A DNA stretch of 64,000 nt from Clostridia bacterium (GCA_017532825.1 JAFXIT010000031.1:6613-70612), one strand, 5' to 3'; numbered from the stretch's first letter, positions 46,641 through 58,491 are shown. Program-made: numbers and translations. The notes: generated by a model not told the origin, from the sequence alone.

Positions 46641-47471
46641 ATGGCTATTAAAGTATACAAGCCCACTACCGCGGGCAGACGACACATGACCGTCGTCAGA
46701 GATACGCTTTCCAAGGTAGAGCCGGAAAAGAGCCTGCTTGCTCCTCTTAAGAAGCACGCCGGCCGCAACAGCTACGGCAAGATCACCGTCCGTCATCACG
46801 GCGGCGGCAACCGCAAGAAGTACAGAATCATCGACTTCAAGCGTCAGGTCCTCGACGTAGAAGCTACCGTTCTCACCATCGAGTACGACCCCAACCGTAC
46901 CGCTAACATCGCCCTTGTTCAGTACCCCGACGGCACCAAGAGCTACATCATCGCTCCCAGCGGCCTGAAGGTCGGCGACAAGGTCGTCTCCGGCAAGGAA
47001 GCCGACATCAAGGTCGGTAACACCCTGCCCATCGAATCCATCCCGCTCGGAACCTACATCCACAACATCGAAGTCTACCCCGGCAAGGGCGCTCAGCTTG
47101 CCCGTTCCGCCGGCTCCGCGGCCCAGCTGATGGCCAAGGAAGGCAAGATGGCTCAGGTCAGACTCCCCTCCGGTGAGGTCAGAATGATCCGCATGGATTG
47201 CATGGCTACCATCGGTCAGGTCGGCAACATCGAGCACTCCAACGAGCAGATCGGTAAGGCCGGCCGCAAGCGTCACATGGGTATCCGCCCGACCGTCCGC
47301 GGCTCGGTCATGAACCCCTGCGACCACCCCCACGGCGGCGGCGAAGGCAAGAGCCCTGTCGGCCGTCCCGGCCCGGTTACCCCCTGGGGCAAGCCGGCTC
47401 TGGGTTATAAGACCAGAAAGACTAAGAACCGCACCGACAAGTTCATTGTCAAGCGTCGTAACGCTAAGTAG
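46641..47471 (+). CDS. rplB: 50S ribosomal protein L2
   Basis: [14 protein letters not shown]...HPHGGGEG. Confidence 0.97.
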   Translation: MAIKVYKPTTAGRRHMTVVRDTLSKVEPEKSLLAPLKKHAGRNSYGKITVRHHGGGNRKKYRIIDFKRQVLDVEATVLTIEYDPNRTANIALVQYPDGTKSYIIAPSGLKVGDKVVSGKEADIKVGNTLPIESIPLGTYIHNIEVYPGKGAQLARSAGSAAQLMAKEGKMAQVRLPSGEVRMIRMDCMATIGQVGNIEHSNEQIGKAGRKRHMGIRPTVRGSVMNPCDHPHGGGEGKSPVGRPGPVTPWGKPALGYKTRKTKNRTDKFIVKRRNAK

Positions 47472-47482
47472 GAGGCAGGAAC

Positions 47483-47764
47483 ATGGGAAGAAGTGTTAAG
47501 AAAGGGCCGTTCGTAGCTCCCGAGCTCATGAAGAGAGTTCTCGAGATGAATGAGTCCGGCAAAAAACAGGTTTTGAAGACATGGTCGAGAGCCTCGACTA
47601 TATTCCCCGATTTCGTGGGACACACCATAGCTGTTCACGACGGCAGGAAGCACGTTCCGGTCTATGTGACCGAGGATATGGTCGGCCACAAGCTCGGCGA
47701 GTTCGCCCCCACCAGGACGTTCCGCGGCCACGCCGGCTCCAAGACCTCCAATAACGGCAAATAA
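47483..47764 (+). CDS. rpsS: 30S ribosomal protein S19
   Basis: [11 protein letters not shown]...[23 protein letters not shown]. Confidence 0.97.
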   Translation: MGRSVKKGPFVAPELMKRVLEMNESGKKQVLKTWSRASTIFPDFVGHTIAVHDGRKHVPVYVTEDMVGHKLGEFAPTRTFRGHAGSKTSNNGK

Positions 47765-47787
47765 AGCGGAAGGAGAAACGTAAATCA

Positions 47788-48135
47788 ATGGAAACCAAGA
47801 AAATAGCGAAAGCTTATCTTAAAGATCTGCGTATGTCCCCCCGCAAGCTCAAGATAGTCTGCGACGCCATCCGCGGAAAGCAGGTCGGCGACGCCGTTGC
47901 TATTCTGATGAACACCCCCAAGATCGCCTGCGAGCCGATGCTCAAGCTTGTCAAGAGCGTCGTTGCCAACGCCGAAAACAACTTCGGGATGGACGTCGAA
48001 AGCCTCTACATCTGCGAGTGCTTCTCCACCTCGGGCAGAACCCTTAAGCGTTACATGCCCCGTGCAAAGGGCCGCGCAGACCGCATCATGAAGAGAACCT
48101 CTCACGTGACTATCGCAGTCGCGGAGAAGGAATAA
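47788..48135 (+). CDS. rplV: 50S ribosomal protein L22
   Basis: Operon order; [17 protein letters not shown]. Confidence 0.97.
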   Translation: METKKIAKAYLKDLRMSPRKLKIVCDAIRGKQVGDAVAILMNTPKIACEPMLKLVKSVVANAENNFGMDVESLYICECFSTSGRTLKRYMPRAKGRADRIMKRTSHVTIAVAEKE

Positions 48136-48151
48136 GCGAGGAGGCAGTCAA

Positions 48152-48955
48152 ATGGGACAGAAAGTTAATCCGCACGGCCTGCGCGTAGGCGTTATCCACG
48201 ACTGGGATTCTCGCTGGTACGCAAAGGACAACGTTTTCGGCGACCTGCTCGTCGAGGACTACAACATCCGTAAATTTCTCAAGGATTCCCTCTACGATGC
48301 GGGAATCGCAAAGATAGAGATCGAGCGCGACAACGCCAGAGTTAAGGTGTTCGTACACTGCGCCCGTCCCGGCCACATCCTCGGTCGCGGCGGCAGCGAG
48401 ATCGAAAAGGTCCGCGCCAGCGTCGAGAGCATGATCGGTAAGCCCGTCGCCCTGAGCGTCGTGGAGATCCGTTCGGCCGATACCAACGCCCAGCTGGTCG
48501 CCGAGAACATCGCCGCTCAGCTCGAGAAGCGTACCTCCGTCCGCCGTGCTATGAAGCAGGCCATCATGCGTGCCATGAAGTTTGGTGCCAAGGGCATCAA
48601 GGTCGGCTGCAACGGCCGTCTTGGCGGCGCCGAGATCGCCAGAGGCGAGAGCTACCACGAGGGTACCATCCCGCTGCAGACCCTGCGTGCCGACATCGAC
48701 TACGGCTTCGCAGAGGCTAAGACCACCTACGGCCGTATAGGCGTCAAGGTTTGGATCTACAAGGGCGAGGTTCTCACCGGCAGCCCCAGAGAGCACCGCA
48801 TCAACGAGGAAAGAAAAGCCGCCGAGGAGCGCAACAGAGCCGCTCGTCGCGATCGCCGCAACAACAGAGACGGCGAGAAGCGTTTTGGCGACAGGCGTGA
48901 AAGACGTGACGGCAACAACAACCGTCCGCCCAGAAGAGAAGGAGGCAATCACTGA
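48152..48955 (+). CDS. rpsC: 30S ribosomal protein S3 (with a basic R/E/N-rich C-terminal tail)
   Basis: [13 protein letters not shown]; 267 aa, about 50 aa longer than the minimal S3. Confidence 0.97.
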   Translation: MGQKVNPHGLRVGVIHDWDSRWYAKDNVFGDLLVEDYNIRKFLKDSLYDAGIAKIEIERDNARVKVFVHCARPGHILGRGGSEIEKVRASVESMIGKPVALSVVEIRSADTNAQLVAENIAAQLEKRTSVRRAMKQAIMRAMKFGAKGIKVGCNGRLGGAEIARGESYHEGTIPLQTLRADIDYGFAEAKTTYGRIGVKVWIYKGEVLTGSPREHRINEERKAAEERNRAARRDRRNNRDGEKRFGDRRERRDGNNNRPPRREGGNH

Positions 48956-49386
48956 TGCTTCTGCCTAAGAGAGTCAAATACAGAAGAGTTCAGCGCGGCC
49001 GTTTAAAGGGTAAGGCCCTTCGCGGCAATAAGATCTCGAGCGGTGACTTCGGTCTTGTAGCCCTTGAGCCCGCCTGGATCACCAGCAACCAGATAGAGGC
49101 AGCCCGTATAGCGATGACCCGTTATACCAAGCGTGGCGGCCAGGTCTGGATAAAGATCTTCCCCGACAAGCCCATCACCGAGAAGCCCGCTGAGACCCGA
49201 ATGGGTTCCGGTAAGGGTACTCCCGAGTACTGGGTGGCAGTAGTCAAGCCCGGCCGTGTCATGTTTGAGATCGGCGGTCTGGACGAGGCCGTTGCAAAGG
49301 AAGCTATGAGACTTGCAAGCTACAAGCTTCCCATTAAGACCAAGATCGTTAAGAAGAGCGATTTAGAAGCAGGCGGTGAAGCGTAA
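48955..49386 (+). CDS. rplP: 50S ribosomal protein L16
   Basis: [19 protein letters not shown]. Confidence 0.97.
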   Translation: MLLPKRVKYRRVQRGRLKGKALRGNKISSGDFGLVALEPAWITSNQIEAARIAMTRYTKRGGQVWIKIFPDKPITEKPAETRMGSGKGTPEYWVAVVKPGRVMFEIGGLDEAVAKEAMRLASYKLPIKTKIVKKSDLEAGGEA

Positions 49387-49589
49387 TGAAATCCAATAAA
49401 TTCAGAGATCTTTCGGCTGCCGACCTTTCGGCAAAGATAGCCGAGCTTAAGAGCGAGCTGTTCAATCTGAGATTTCAGAACGCCACAAACCAGCTCGAAA
49501 ATCCGATGCGTATAGCTCAGGTCCGCAAGGACATTGCCCGTGCCAAGACCGTTCTCAGAGAGATCGAGCAGGCCGGCAAGCAGGCATAA
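49386..49589 (+). CDS. rpmC: 50S ribosomal protein L29
   Basis: 67 aa; [20 protein letters not shown]. Confidence 0.97.
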   Translation: MKSNKFRDLSAADLSAKIAELKSELFNLRFQNATNQLENPMRIAQVRKDIARAKTVLREIEQAGKQA

Positions 49590-49610
49590 GCGGACGAGGA
49601 GGAAAGCACA

Positions 49611-49874
49611 ATGGCAGAAAATACTAGAGCATTCCGCAAGACCAGGACCGGCGTCGTCATTTCCGACAAAATGGATAAGACCATCGTCGTTGCTGTTCTT
49701 GAGACTAAAGCACATCCGCTTTACAAGAAGACGGTCAGATCCACCTACAAGCTCAAGGCTCACGATGAGAACAACGAGTGCGGCGTAGGCGACACCGTCA
49801 AGGTTATGGAGACCCGTCCGCTTTCGAAGGACAAGAGATGGCGCCTGGTCGAAATCGTCAAGAAGGCGCAGTAA
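49611..49874 (+). CDS. rpsQ: 30S ribosomal protein S17
   Basis: 87 aa; [14 protein letters not shown]...[11 protein letters not shown]. Confidence 0.97.
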   Translation: MAENTRAFRKTRTGVVISDKMDKTIVVAVLETKAHPLYKKTVRSTYKLKAHDENNECGVGDTVKVMETRPLSKDKRWRLVEIVKKAQ

Positions 49875-49889
49875 AGGAGGCCGGAAACC

Positions 49890-50258
49890 GTGATTCAGGA
49901 AGAAACATTGCTTAAAGTTGCCGATAACAGCGGCGCTAAAGAGCTTAAGTGCATCAGAGTCCTTGGTGGCTCCGTGCATAAGTACGGCAACATCGGCGAC
50001 GTTATCGTCGCATCCGTGCGCAAGGCTGCGCCCGGCGGTGCCGTTAAAAAGGGAGACGTAGTCCGCGCCGTTATCGTGCGTAGCGCCTTCGGTCTCAAGC
50101 GTGCCGACGGTACGCACATCCGCTTCGACGACAACGCAGCGGTCATCATCAAGGAAGACAAGAACCCGACCGGAACCCGTATCTTTGGGCCGGTTGCCAG
50201 AGAGCTCCGTGAGAAGGATTACATGAAGATCCTCTCCCTTGCTCCGGAAGTACTGTAA
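49890..50258 (+). CDS. rplN: 50S ribosomal protein L14
   Basis: GTG start; [17 protein letters not shown]. Confidence 0.97.
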   Translation: MIQEETLLKVADNSGAKELKCIRVLGGSVHKYGNIGDVIVASVRKAAPGGAVKKGDVVRAVIVRSAFGLKRADGTHIRFDDNAAVIIKEDKNPTGTRIFGPVARELREKDYMKILSLAPEVL

Positions 50259-50271
50259 GGGGGAGCCGAGA

Positions 50272-50592
50272 ATGAATACTTTACACGTCAAGACCGGCGA
50301 CACCGTCGTAGTCCTCTCCGGTAAGGAAAAGGGCAAGGAAGGCAAGATCGTATCTGCCGACCCCAAGAAGGGCCTTGTCATCGTTGAAGGCATTAACATC
50401 CAGACCAAGCACAAGAAGGCCCGTAAGCAGGGCGAAGAGAGCAAGATCATCAAGACCGAGGGTGCCCTGCGCGCCTGCAAGGTCATGAGAGTCTGCCCCG
50501 AGTGCGGCAAGGCTACCAAGCCCGCCCATCTCATCGACGCCGACGGCACCAAGCACCGTGTCTGCAAGAAGTGCAGCAAGGTCATCGACTAA
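50272..50592 (+). CDS. rplX: 50S ribosomal protein L24 (with CxxC...CxxC insertion)
   Basis: ATG 50272 follows GGGGGAG. MNTLHVKTGDTVVVLSGKEKGKEGKI KOW motif. C-terminal CPECG...CKKC. Confidence 0.95.
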   Translation: MNTLHVKTGDTVVVLSGKEKGKEGKIVSADPKKGLVIVEGINIQTKHKKARKQGEESKIIKTEGALRACKVMRVCPECGKATKPAHLIDADGTKHRVCKKCSKVID

Positions 50593-50607
50593 GGGAGGCA
50601 ACACAGA

Positions 50608-51156
50608 ATGTCAGTTTTGAAAGATAAATATGTCAACGAAGTGGCGCCCGCCCTCATGTCCAAGTTCAACTACAAGAGCGTAATGCAGATCCCCAAGATC
50701 GACAAGATCATCGTCAACGTCGGTTGCGGCGAAGCTCGTGAAAGCGCCAAGGTCCTCGATGCCGTCTGCGCAGATCTCGCTCAGATCACCGGTCAGAAGG
50801 CCGTCATCACCAAGGCTCAGCGCTCTGTCGCTAACTTCAAGCTCCGTCAGGGTATGCCCATCGGCGCCAAGGTCACCCTCCGTGCCGAGAGAATGTACGA
50901 ATTCATGGACAGACTCTTCAACATCGCTCTTCCCCGTGTCCGCGACTTCCGCGGCATCAACCCCAACGCCTTCGACGGCCGCGGCAACTACTCGCTGGGC
51001 CTCAAGGAACAGCTTATCTTCCCCGAGATCGATTTCGACAAGGTCGATAAGATCCGCGGCATGAACATCGTCATCTGCACCACCGCTAACACCGACGAAG
51101 AGGGCAGAGAGCTTCTCAAGCTCATGGGCGCCCCCTTCGGCAACGAGAACGAATAA
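50608..51156 (+). CDS. rplE: 50S ribosomal protein L5
   Basis: 182 aa; operon order; [15 protein letters not shown]. Confidence 0.97.
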   Translation: MSVLKDKYVNEVAPALMSKFNYKSVMQIPKIDKIIVNVGCGEARESAKVLDAVCADLAQITGQKAVITKAQRSVANFKLRQGMPIGAKVTLRAERMYEFMDRLFNIALPRVRDFRGINPNAFDGRGNYSLGLKEQLIFPEIDFDKVDKIRGMNIVICTTANTDEEGRELLKLMGAPFGNENE

Positions 51157-51175
51157 GATAAGGAGGATATGCAAA

Positions 51176-51361
51176 ATGGCTAAGAAGTCTATGATACTCA
51201 AGTCCAAGAGAGAGCCCAAGTTCTCCACCCGCGCCATGAACCGCTGCAAGATCTGCGGCAGACCCCACGCATACCTCCGCGACTACGGTGTTTGCAGAAT
51301 TTGCTTCCGCGAGCTCGCCTACAAGGGACAGATCCCCGGCGTACGCAAAGCAAGCTGGTAA
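51176..51361 (+). CDS. rpsN: 30S ribosomal protein S14 type Z (zinc form)
   Basis: 61 aa; [10 protein letters not shown]...CRICFRE. Confidence 0.97.
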   Translation: MAKKSMILKSKREPKFSTRAMNRCKICGRPHAYLRDYGVCRICFRELAYKGQIPGVRKASW

Positions 51362-51379
51362 AGAAGGAGGAAAGCTGAA

Positions 51380-51778
51380 ATGCATACGACAGACCCTATC
51401 GCCGATATGCTGACCAGGATCAGGAACGCAAGCTCCTACCGTCACGAATCGGTTGACATTCCTGCCTCGAAGTCCAAGAAGGCTATCGCCGAGATCCTCC
51501 TCGACGAGGGCTACATCAAGGGATATCAGGTAATTGATGAAGGCGCACAGGGCATCATCCGTGTTACCCTTAAGTACGGCGCCAACAAGGAAGCTGCAAT
51601 CAGCGGCCTCCGCAGAGTTTCCAAGCCCGGTCTTCGCGTCTACGCCGGCGTCGAAGATATGCCCAAGGTTCTCAAGGGCCTCGGCATCGCAATAATCTCC
51701 ACGTCTCAGGGAATCGTTACCGACAGGAAGGCCCGTGCCCTCCACGTCGGCGGCGAAGTTCTGGCGTTTGTCTGGTAA
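51380..51778 (+). CDS. rpsH: 30S ribosomal protein S8
   Basis: [14 protein letters not shown]. Confidence 0.97.
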   Translation: MHTTDPIADMLTRIRNASSYRHESVDIPASKSKKAIAEILLDEGYIKGYQVIDEGAQGIIRVTLKYGANKEAAISGLRRVSKPGLRVYAGVEDMPKVLKGLGIAIISTSQGIVTDRKARALHVGGEVLAFVW

Positions 51779-51790
51779 GGGGGAGCTAAA

Positions 51791-52339
51791 ATGTCAAGAA
51801 TAGGCAGACTGCCCATCACCGTTCCGGCAGGCGTTACCGTGACGGTGGACGACGCTAACGTCGTCACCGTGAAGGGCCCCAAGGGCACCCTTCAGACCAA
51901 GATCGCTCCCGCCATCACCGTTAAGGTCGAAGGCACCGAGATCAAGGTCACCCGTCCCAACGACGAGCAGGCCAACCGCTCGCTGCACGGACTTTCCCGC
52001 ACCCTGATCGCCAACATGGTCGACGGCGTTGTCAAGGGCTTCACCAAGGAGCTCGAGATCGACGGTGTCGGTTACAAGGCCGCCAAGCAGGGCAAGCAGC
52101 TGGTGCTGAACGTCGGATTCTCTCATCAGGTCTTCGTCGATGAGAAGGACGGCATAGCCATAGACGTTCCCGCCCCCAACAAGATAGTCGTTTCCGGTGC
52201 CGATAAGCAGGCCGTCGGACAGCTCGCCGCCGAGATCCGCGGCGTCCGTCCCCCCGAGCCCTACCACGGCAAGGGAATCAAGTATGCCACCGAGGTTATC
52301 CGCCGCAAGGAGGGTAAGACCGGTGCTAAGAAGAAGTAA
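51791..52339 (+). CDS. rplF: 50S ribosomal protein L6
   Basis: [15 protein letters not shown]. Confidence 0.97.
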   Translation: MSRIGRLPITVPAGVTVTVDDANVVTVKGPKGTLQTKIAPAITVKVEGTEIKVTRPNDEQANRSLHGLSRTLIANMVDGVVKGFTKELEIDGVGYKAAKQGKQLVLNVGFSHQVFVDEKDGIAIDVPAPNKIVVSGADKQAVGQLAAEIRGVRPPEPYHGKGIKYATEVIRRKEGKTGAKKK

Positions 52340-52354
52340 GCGAGGTGTACGGGA

Positions 52355-52714
52355 ATGGTTTCCAAAAAGGATAAGAATTTACAGCGTCTGAAGCGCCATA
52401 AGAGAGTGCGCGGAACCGTTTCGGGCACCGCCGAACGTCCCAGACTGGACGTATTCCGCAGCTCCAAGCACATCTATGCTCAGATCATCGATGACGTCGC
52501 AGGTGTCACCCTGGTAGCCGCATCCAGCAACGAAAAGGATTTCGCTGCCGACGGCGGTAACAAGGAAGGCGCCAAGCTGGTCGGTAAGCTCGTAGGCGAG
52601 CGTGCCGCAGCTAAGGGCATCAAGGCAGTCGTTTTCGACCGCGGTGGATACATCTACCACGGACGTGTCAAGGAACTCGCCGACGGCGCCCGCGAGAGCG
52701 GTCTTGAGTTTTAA
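52355..52714 (+). CDS. rplR: 50S ribosomal protein L18
   Basis: [18 protein letters not shown]. Confidence 0.97.
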   Translation: MVSKKDKNLQRLKRHKRVRGTVSGTAERPRLDVFRSSKHIYAQIIDDVAGVTLVAASSNEKDFAADGGNKEGAKLVGKLVGERAAAKGIKAVVFDRGGYIYHGRVKELADGARESGLEF

Positions 52715-52729
52715 GGGGGACAAACAGAA

Positions 52730-53236
52730 ATGACACCTTTGAAAATCGATACTACCAACCTGGAACTCCAGGAAAGGCTGGTCGCTGTTAACCGCGTCTC
52801 CAAAACGGTCAAGGGCGGCCGTGTCATGAAGCTTGCGGCTCTGGTAGTCGTAGGCGACGGCAACGGTCTGGTCGGTTACGGCCTTGGTAAGGCAAAGGAA
52901 ACTCCCGATGCCATCCGCAAGGCTATCGCCGATGCCAAGAAGAACCTTTACAAGGTCTCCATCGAGGGCACTACCATACCTCACGAGGTAATCGGTAAGT
53001 TCGGCGCAGGCGAAGTCCTGCTCAAGCCCGCCCCCGAAGGTACCGGCGTTATCGCCGGCGGCGCGGTCCGTGCAGTCATGGAAATGGCCGGCATCCGCGA
53101 CATCAGAACCAAGTGCCTGCGCAGCAACAACCCCCAGAACGTCGTTGCCGCAGCAATGGAGGGTCTCAAGCAGCTCCGTAACGCCGAGCAGGTCGCAAAG
53201 CTCCGCGGCAAGGCTGCCGAAGAGATCCAGGGTTAA
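52730..53236 (+). CDS. rpsE: 30S ribosomal protein S5
   Basis: [27 protein letters not shown]. Confidence 0.97.
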   Translation: MTPLKIDTTNLELQERLVAVNRVSKTVKGGRVMKLAALVVVGDGNGLVGYGLGKAKETPDAIRKAIADAKKNLYKVSIEGTTIPHEVIGKFGAGEVLLKPAPEGTGVIAGGAVRAVMEMAGIRDIRTKCLRSNNPQNVVAAAMEGLKQLRNAEQVAKLRGKAAEEIQG

Positions 53237-53248
53237 GGAGGAAGCACC

Positions 53249-53431
53249 ATGGCAGATAAAGTTAAGATCACGCTGGTCAAGAGCCTCAACGGCAGAAACG
53301 ACAAGCACATCGCCACCGCCAACTCCCTCGGCCTTCGCAAGATCAACGATTTCACCGTCCAGGATGACACCGACGCCACCAAGGGTAAGTACACCCAGAT
53401 AGGCTACCTTGTCAAAGTGGAAAAAATATAA
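53249..53431 (+). CDS. rpmD: 50S ribosomal protein L30
   Basis: 60 aa; [26 protein letters not shown]. Confidence 0.97.
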   Translation: MADKVKITLVKSLNGRNDKHIATANSLGLRKINDFTVQDDTDATKGKYTQIGYLVKVEKI

Positions 53432-53448
53432 GGGAGGAGCAAGAAACA

Positions 53449-53889
53449 ATGAGAATTGATAATTTGTCTCCCGTAGCAGGCTCCAACAAGCCCTCCTACC
53501 GCAAGGGCCGCGGCCCCGGTTCGGGCAACGGCAAGACTGCCGGCAGAGGCCATAAGGGCCAGTGGAGCCGCTCCGGCGGCGGCGTACGCCCCGGCTTCGA
53601 AGGCGGCCAGATGCCCCTTCACAGAAGACTGCCTAAGCGCGGCTTCACCAACATTTTCGGCACCACCTACGCAATCATCAATGTATCCGACCTGAACGGC
53701 TTTGAAGACGGCACCACCGTCGGCATCGCCGAGCTTATTGCAGCCGGTCTTGTTAAGAAGACCTTTGACGGTGTTAAAGTACTTGGAAACGGCGACCTTT
53801 CAAAGAAGCTGACGGTTCAGGCCACGGCGTTTTCCGGCACTGCAAAGGAGAAGATCGAGCAGGCTGGCGGAAATGCCGAGGTGATATAA
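53449..53889 (+). CDS. rplO: 50S ribosomal protein L15
   Basis: [19 protein letters not shown]. Confidence 0.97.
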   Translation: MRIDNLSPVAGSNKPSYRKGRGPGSGNGKTAGRGHKGQWSRSGGGVRPGFEGGQMPLHRRLPKRGFTNIFGTTYAIINVSDLNGFEDGTTVGIAELIAAGLVKKTFDGVKVLGNGDLSKKLTVQATAFSGTAKEKIEQAGGNAEVI

Positions 53890-55194
53890 GTGTTTAAAAC
53901 GCTTGTAAATGCATGGCGTATTCCGGATATTCGGAAGAAGCTCCTCTTTACTATCTTCGTTTTATTCCTTTACCGTGTAGGTAACGCAGTGCCCATCCCC
54001 TTCATCGATCCCGTCGCTGTCAAGGCAATGTTTACCTTCCAGGGCGAGAACGCCTTCTACGGCTACCTCAATATGCTCACCGGTGGTTCCTTCACCGCAG
54101 CGACCATATTTGCGCTCTCCATATTCCCCTACATCACTTCGTCCATTATCATCCAGCTCCTCGTCATGGCCATCCCTGCCCTTGAAAGAAAGGTCAAGGA
54201 AGGCGGCGAGGCCGGACGTAAGTTCCAGGAAAAGATGGTCAGATACGGCGCCATCGTTCTGGGTATCGTACAGGGTTTCATCTACTATCTGAACCTTGCC
54301 CGCTCCACCCTCACCGACGGTACCTCCATCATCATCAATAACGGCTTCTTCACCGCATTCATGATCGTCATGACCTTTGCGGCAGGTACAGCCCTTATCA
54401 CCTGGCTTGGCGAAATGATCACCAACAAGGGTATCGGCAACGGCATCTCGATGATCCTCTTTGCAGGTATCATCTCCCGCCTCCCCGCCGACCTTACCAC
54501 CGGTATTGCAGGCATTCGTGCCGGCACCCTCCCGATCTGGCTTGCAGTCATCATCGTCCTGGGTACCATCGCACTGGTCGGTTTCGTCGTCTGGGTCAGC
54601 CAGGCCGAGCGCAGGATCCCTGTCCAGTACGCTAAGCGTGTCGTCGGCCGCAAGGTCTACGGCGGACAGTCCACCTTTATCCCCATGAAGGTCAATATGA
54701 CCGGCGTTATGCCGATAATCTTTGCTTCCAGCATCGTATCGCTGCCGGCCATCATCGCATCCTTCTTCCAGGCTCCGACCGCGGGCTTCTGGTATCACTT
54801 CCTCAGACTGACCCAGCCGCCCTCCATCGTCTACATGGTCCTTTACATCCTGCTGATCGTCGCCTTCTCCTTCTTCTATGCCTACACTCAGGTCAATCCC
54901 TTTGAGATGGCAAACAACATGAAGAACAACGGCGGCTTCGTGCCCGGACTCCGTCCCGGCCGCTCCACCGCAGAGCACATCAGCAAGATCATGAAGCACG
55001 TTACCGTCCTCGGAGCAATCTTCCTCTCCTTCGTCGCTATACTCCCGGTCATCGTCAGCGCCTTTGACGCCAACCTCAGCAACCTTGCCCTCGGCGGCAC
55101 CTCACTGCTGATCGTTGTCGGCGTTGCCATCGAGACCGTACAGCAGCTCGAATCCCAGATGATGCTTCGTCACTATAAGGGATTCCTCGAATAA
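53890..55194 (+). CDS. secY: Preprotein translocase subunit SecY
   Basis: GTG start abutting the rplO stop; 10-TM protein with PFIDP and GGSF...IFALSIFPYITSSII motifs. Confidence 0.97.
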   Translation: MFKTLVNAWRIPDIRKKLLFTIFVLFLYRVGNAVPIPFIDPVAVKAMFTFQGENAFYGYLNMLTGGSFTAATIFALSIFPYITSSIIIQLLVMAIPALERKVKEGGEAGRKFQEKMVRYGAIVLGIVQGFIYYLNLARSTLTDGTSIIINNGFFTAFMIVMTFAAGTALITWLGEMITNKGIGNGISMILFAGIISRLPADLTTGIAGIRAGTLPIWLAVIIVLGTIALVGFVVWVSQAERRIPVQYAKRVVGRKVYGGQSTFIPMKVNMTGVMPIIFASSIVSLPAIIASFFQAPTAGFWYHFLRLTQPPSIVYMVLYILLIVAFSFFYAYTQVNPFEMANNMKNNGGFVPGLRPGRSTAEHISKIMKHVTVLGAIFLSFVAILPVIVSAFDANLSNLALGGTSLLIVVGVAIETVQQLESQMMLRHYKGFLE

Positions 55195-55209
55195 GGAAAG
55201 GTAGAACGC

Positions 55210-55842
55210 ATGAAACTGATTCTTTTCGGAGCGCCAGGTGCCGGTAAAGGCACTCAGGCCTCGAAGATAGCAGACCGACTCGGGGTCCCCACGATCTCGA
55301 CCGGTAACATCATCCGTGAAGCCATCGCCGCAGGCACCGAGCTTGGCAAAAAGGTCAAGGAATACTCCAACGCCGGCAAGCTCGTACCCGACGAGGTGGT
55401 CATCGGAATGCTCTCTGAGCGCATCTCCCGAGCCGACTGTGCAAACGGCTTTATCCTCGACGGATTTCCCCGTACCATCGCACAGGCCGAGGCACTCGAC
55501 GCCCTTGGCGTTGAGATCGAGTGTGCACTCTCGCTTGAGGTCCCCGACGAGGACATCGAGCGCCGCATGACCGGCCGCAGAAGCTGCCCCGCATGCGGAG
55601 AGACCTATCATATCATCTACAATCCTCCTACGTCCGAGGGTCGCTGCGATAAATGCTCTGCCGAGCTTATCCGCCGCGCCGACGACGCACCCGAAACGGT
55701 ACAGGCCAGACTTGCGGTCTACCACGAGCAGACCGAGCCGGTCAAGGCCTACTACGATGCCAAGGGCAAGCTCAAGACCGTCGACGGCAGACAGGCTGTC
55801 GAGAAGGTCACCGAGGATGCCTATGCGGCACTGGGTATATAG
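55210..55842 (+). CDS. adk: Adenylate kinase (Cys4 zinc lid)
   Basis: GAPGAGKGTQ P-loop; CPACG...CDKC lid. Confidence 0.97.
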   Translation: MKLILFGAPGAGKGTQASKIADRLGVPTISTGNIIREAIAAGTELGKKVKEYSNAGKLVPDEVVIGMLSERISRADCANGFILDGFPRTIAQAEALDALGVEIECALSLEVPDEDIERRMTGRRSCPACGETYHIIYNPPTSEGRCDKCSAELIRRADDAPETVQARLAVYHEQTEPVKAYYDAKGKLKTVDGRQAVEKVTEDAYAALGI

Positions 55843-55847
55843 GAAAT

Positions 55848-56606
55848 ATGATATCGATAAAGTCGTCATGGGAAATTAAGCTCATGCGGCAGGCCGGCGC
55901 AGCCTCCGCTGCGGTGAGAACCGCGGCGGCGGCCGCCGTCAGGCCCGGCGTGACTACGGCCCAGATCGACGCTGTCGTACGCAAGACTATCGCTTCCCTG
56001 GGCGCCGAGCCCGCATTCCTCGGTGTCAACGGCTTCCCCGGCGCCGCCTGTGTCTCGGTAAACGACGAGGTAATACACGGCGTACCCGGCAAGCGTGTGA
56101 TAAAAGAGGGCGATCTGGTAAAGATCGACGTGGGAGCAAGGATAGGCGGTTACAACGGCGACACGGCGATAACCGTCCCCGCGGGAAATATAAGCGAGGA
56201 TGCTGCAAGGCTGATAGCGGTCACGAAGCAGAGCTTCTATGAAGGCATCAAGTTTGCCCGCAAGGGCAACCGCCTGACGGACATTTCGGCAGCGATACAG
56301 GAATATGTTGAGTCGCAGGGCTTCTCGGTAGTAAGAGATTACACCGGACACGGCATAGGCAGAGAGCTTTGGGAGGACCCGGCAGTGCCAAACTACGGCA
56401 GACCCGGCCACGGTACCAAGCTGATGCCCGGAATGGTCCTTGCAATCGAGCCGATGGTCAACGTCGGAGACTGGCACGTAAAGGTCATGCCCGACAGACA
56501 GACGGTAAAGACGGCGGACGGAAAGCTGTCCGCACATTACGAACACACGATTCTGATAACCGAAGGGGAGCCCGAGATACTCACCGCTCCCGAGACAGTA
56601 ATCTGA
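55848..56606 (+). CDS. map: Type I methionine aminopeptidase
   Basis: ATG 55848 gives MISIKSSWEIKLMRQAG; the longer track ORF from 55653 overlaps adk. Metal ligands D..D..H..E..E are in the usual pattern. Confidence 0.95.
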   Translation: MISIKSSWEIKLMRQAGAASAAVRTAAAAAVRPGVTTAQIDAVVRKTIASLGAEPAFLGVNGFPGAACVSVNDEVIHGVPGKRVIKEGDLVKIDVGARIGGYNGDTAITVPAGNISEDAARLIAVTKQSFYEGIKFARKGNRLTDISAAIQEYVESQGFSVVRDYTGHGIGRELWEDPAVPNYGRPGHGTKLMPGMVLAIEPMVNVGDWHVKVMPDRQTVKTADGKLSAHYEHTILITEGEPEILTAPETVI

Positions 56607-56621
56607 AACGGAGGAAGAACT

Positions 56622-56840
56622 GTGGCAAAAGAAGATGTAATTTCGGTCGAAGGTACCGTCATAGAAGCGTTGCCTAATGCGATGTTCAAGGTCGAGCTGA
56701 CCAACGGTCACGTGATCTTAGCTCACATTTCCGGCAAGCTGCGCATGAATTATATTCGAGTCCTTCCGGGTGACCGCGTGTCGGTCGAGATGTCGCCCTA
56801 CGATCTTAATAAAGGGCGCATCACCTGGCGTTCCAAGTAG
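56622..56840 (+). CDS. infA: Translation initiation factor IF-1
   Basis: [26 protein letters not shown]. Confidence 0.97.
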   Translation: MAKEDVISVEGTVIEALPNAMFKVELTNGHVILAHISGKLRMNYIRVLPGDRVSVEMSPYDLNKGRITWRSK

Positions 56841-56888
56841 GTTGCAAAAAGCAACAGTTTACGAGTGCAGAAAGGAAAGGTCATAATT

Positions 56889-57005
56889 ATGAAGGTACGG
56901 CCCTCGGTCAAACCGATTTGTGACAAATGCAAAGTAATCAAGCGCAAGGGCAAGGTTATGGTAATCTGCCCCGACAACCCCAAACATAAGCAGAGACAGG
57001 GCTAA
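56889..57005 (+). CDS. rpmJ: 50S ribosomal protein L36 (zinc form); below the ORF-track size cutoff
   Basis: Hand translation gives [38 protein letters not shown]. Position is between infA and rpsM. Confidence 0.95.
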   Translation: MKVRPSVKPICDKCKVIKRKGKVMVICPDNPKHKQRQG

Positions 57006-57027
57006 ATAACAGGAGGTGCGGTAATAA

Positions 57028-57396
57028 ATGGCACGTATAGCCGGTGTTGATCTTCCCAGAGAAAAAAGAGTTGAAATAGGCCTGACCTACATCTACGGTA
57101 TCGGCAGAAAGCTTTCCAACGATATCCTCAAGGCCAGCGGTATAAATCCCGACACCAGAGTTAAGGATCTGACCGACGAAGAGATCTCCAAGCTCCGTGA
57201 GCAGATCGACCACAATTATCACGTCGAAGGTGACCTCCGCAGAGACGTCGCCCTCAACATCAAGCGCCTGGTTGAGATAGGCTCCTATCGCGGCCAGAGA
57301 CACAGACGCGGCCTGCCTGTAAGAGGCCAGCGTTCCAAGACCAACGCACGTACTCGCAAGGGTCCCAGAAAGACCATTGCAAACAAGAAGCAGTAA
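57028..57396 (+). CDS. rpsM: 30S ribosomal protein S13
   Basis: [26 protein letters not shown]. Confidence 0.97.
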   Translation: MARIAGVDLPREKRVEIGLTYIYGIGRKLSNDILKASGINPDTRVKDLTDEEISKLREQIDHNYHVEGDLRRDVALNIKRLVEIGSYRGQRHRRGLPVRGQRSKTNARTRKGPRKTIANKKQ

Positions 57397-57411
57397 GGAG
57401 GGGACTTTAAA

Positions 57412-57819
57412 ATGGCAAAGGTACAGCCCAAAAAGGGAGCAACCATGATCAAGAAGCGCCGTGAGCGCAAGAACATTGAGAAGGGCGCAGCCCACATCAA
57501 GTCCTCCTTCAACAACACCCTCGTTACCATCACCGACACTGCCGGCAACGCCCTGTCCTGGGCATCCGCAGGCGGACTGGGCTTCCGCGGCAGCCGCAAG
57601 AGCACTCCTTTTGCAGCACAGACCGCAGCGGAGACCGCCGCAAAGGCCGCTATGGAGCACGGTCTGAAGACCGTCGAGGTATACGTTAAGGGCCCCGGCT
57701 CGGGCCGTGAAGCTGCCATCCGTGCACTTCAGGCCGCCGGTCTGGAAGTCGTCATGATCAAGGACGTCACTCCGATCCCCCACAACGGCTGCCGTCCTCC
57801 CAAGCGTCGCCGTGTCTGA
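57412..57819 (+). CDS. rpsK: 30S ribosomal protein S11
   Basis: [18 protein letters not shown]. Confidence 0.97.
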   Translation: MAKVQPKKGATMIKKRRERKNIEKGAAHIKSSFNNTLVTITDTAGNALSWASAGGLGFRGSRKSTPFAAQTAAETAAKAAMEHGLKTVEVYVKGPGSGREAAIRALQAAGLEVVMIKDVTPIPHNGCRPPKRRRV

Positions 57820-57843
57820 GAAATTATTGGAGGTCTAACAATA

Positions 57844-58473
57844 ATGGCAAGATATACAGATGCAGTCTGCAGGCTTTGCCGCAGAGAAGGCCAGAAGCTC
57901 TTTCTGAAGGGCGATAAGTGCTACAGCAGCAAGTGCGGCGTCGACGCCAGAGGCAGCGCACCCGGCCAGCACGGCCAGGCCCGCAACAAGAAGCTCTCTG
58001 AGTACGGTATGCAGCACCGTGAAAAGCAGAAGGCCAAGCGCTTCTACGGTGTTTCCGAGAAGCAGATGAGCAAATACTTCGAGAAGGCCACCAAGCAGAA
58101 GGGTATTCAGGGTGAAAACCTCCTCCGCATTCTCGAGACCAGACTTGACAACGTCGTTTACCGCATGGGTTACGCTATGTCCCGCCCCGAGGCCAGACAG
58201 CTCGTCAACCATGCCCACTTCACCGTAAACGGCCGCAAGGTCAACATTCCTTCCTACCTCGTCAAGGAAGGCGACGTCATCGCCCTGCGCGAAAAGAGCC
58301 GCAGCCTTGAGAAGTTCAAGAGCGTCATCGAGGCCAACGCCTCCCGTCCCGTCGCCAAGTGGCTGGACAAGGACGAGACCAACTTCTCGGCCAAGGTAGT
58401 CGCCCTGCCCACTCGCGAGGATATCGACCTGCCCGTCGAGGAACACCTCATCGTCGAGCTTTACTCCAAGTAA
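57844..58473 (+). CDS. rpsD: 30S ribosomal protein S4
   Basis: [26 protein letters not shown]. Confidence 0.97.
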   Translation: MARYTDAVCRLCRREGQKLFLKGDKCYSSKCGVDARGSAPGQHGQARNKKLSEYGMQHREKQKAKRFYGVSEKQMSKYFEKATKQKGIQGENLLRILETRLDNVVYRMGYAMSRPEARQLVNHAHFTVNGRKVNIPSYLVKEGDVIALREKSRSLEKFKSVIEANASRPVAKWLDKDETNFSAKVVALPTREDIDLPVEEHLIVELYSK

Positions 58474-58491
58474 TAGACTCCCCGATGCGTT

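Noticed and set aside
55653-55847. N-terminal extension of the map ORF overlapping adk
   Set aside because: The extension is the out-of-frame read-through of adk and is R-rich nonsense. ATG 55848, directly after the adk stop, gives the canonical MISIKSSWEI N-terminus.
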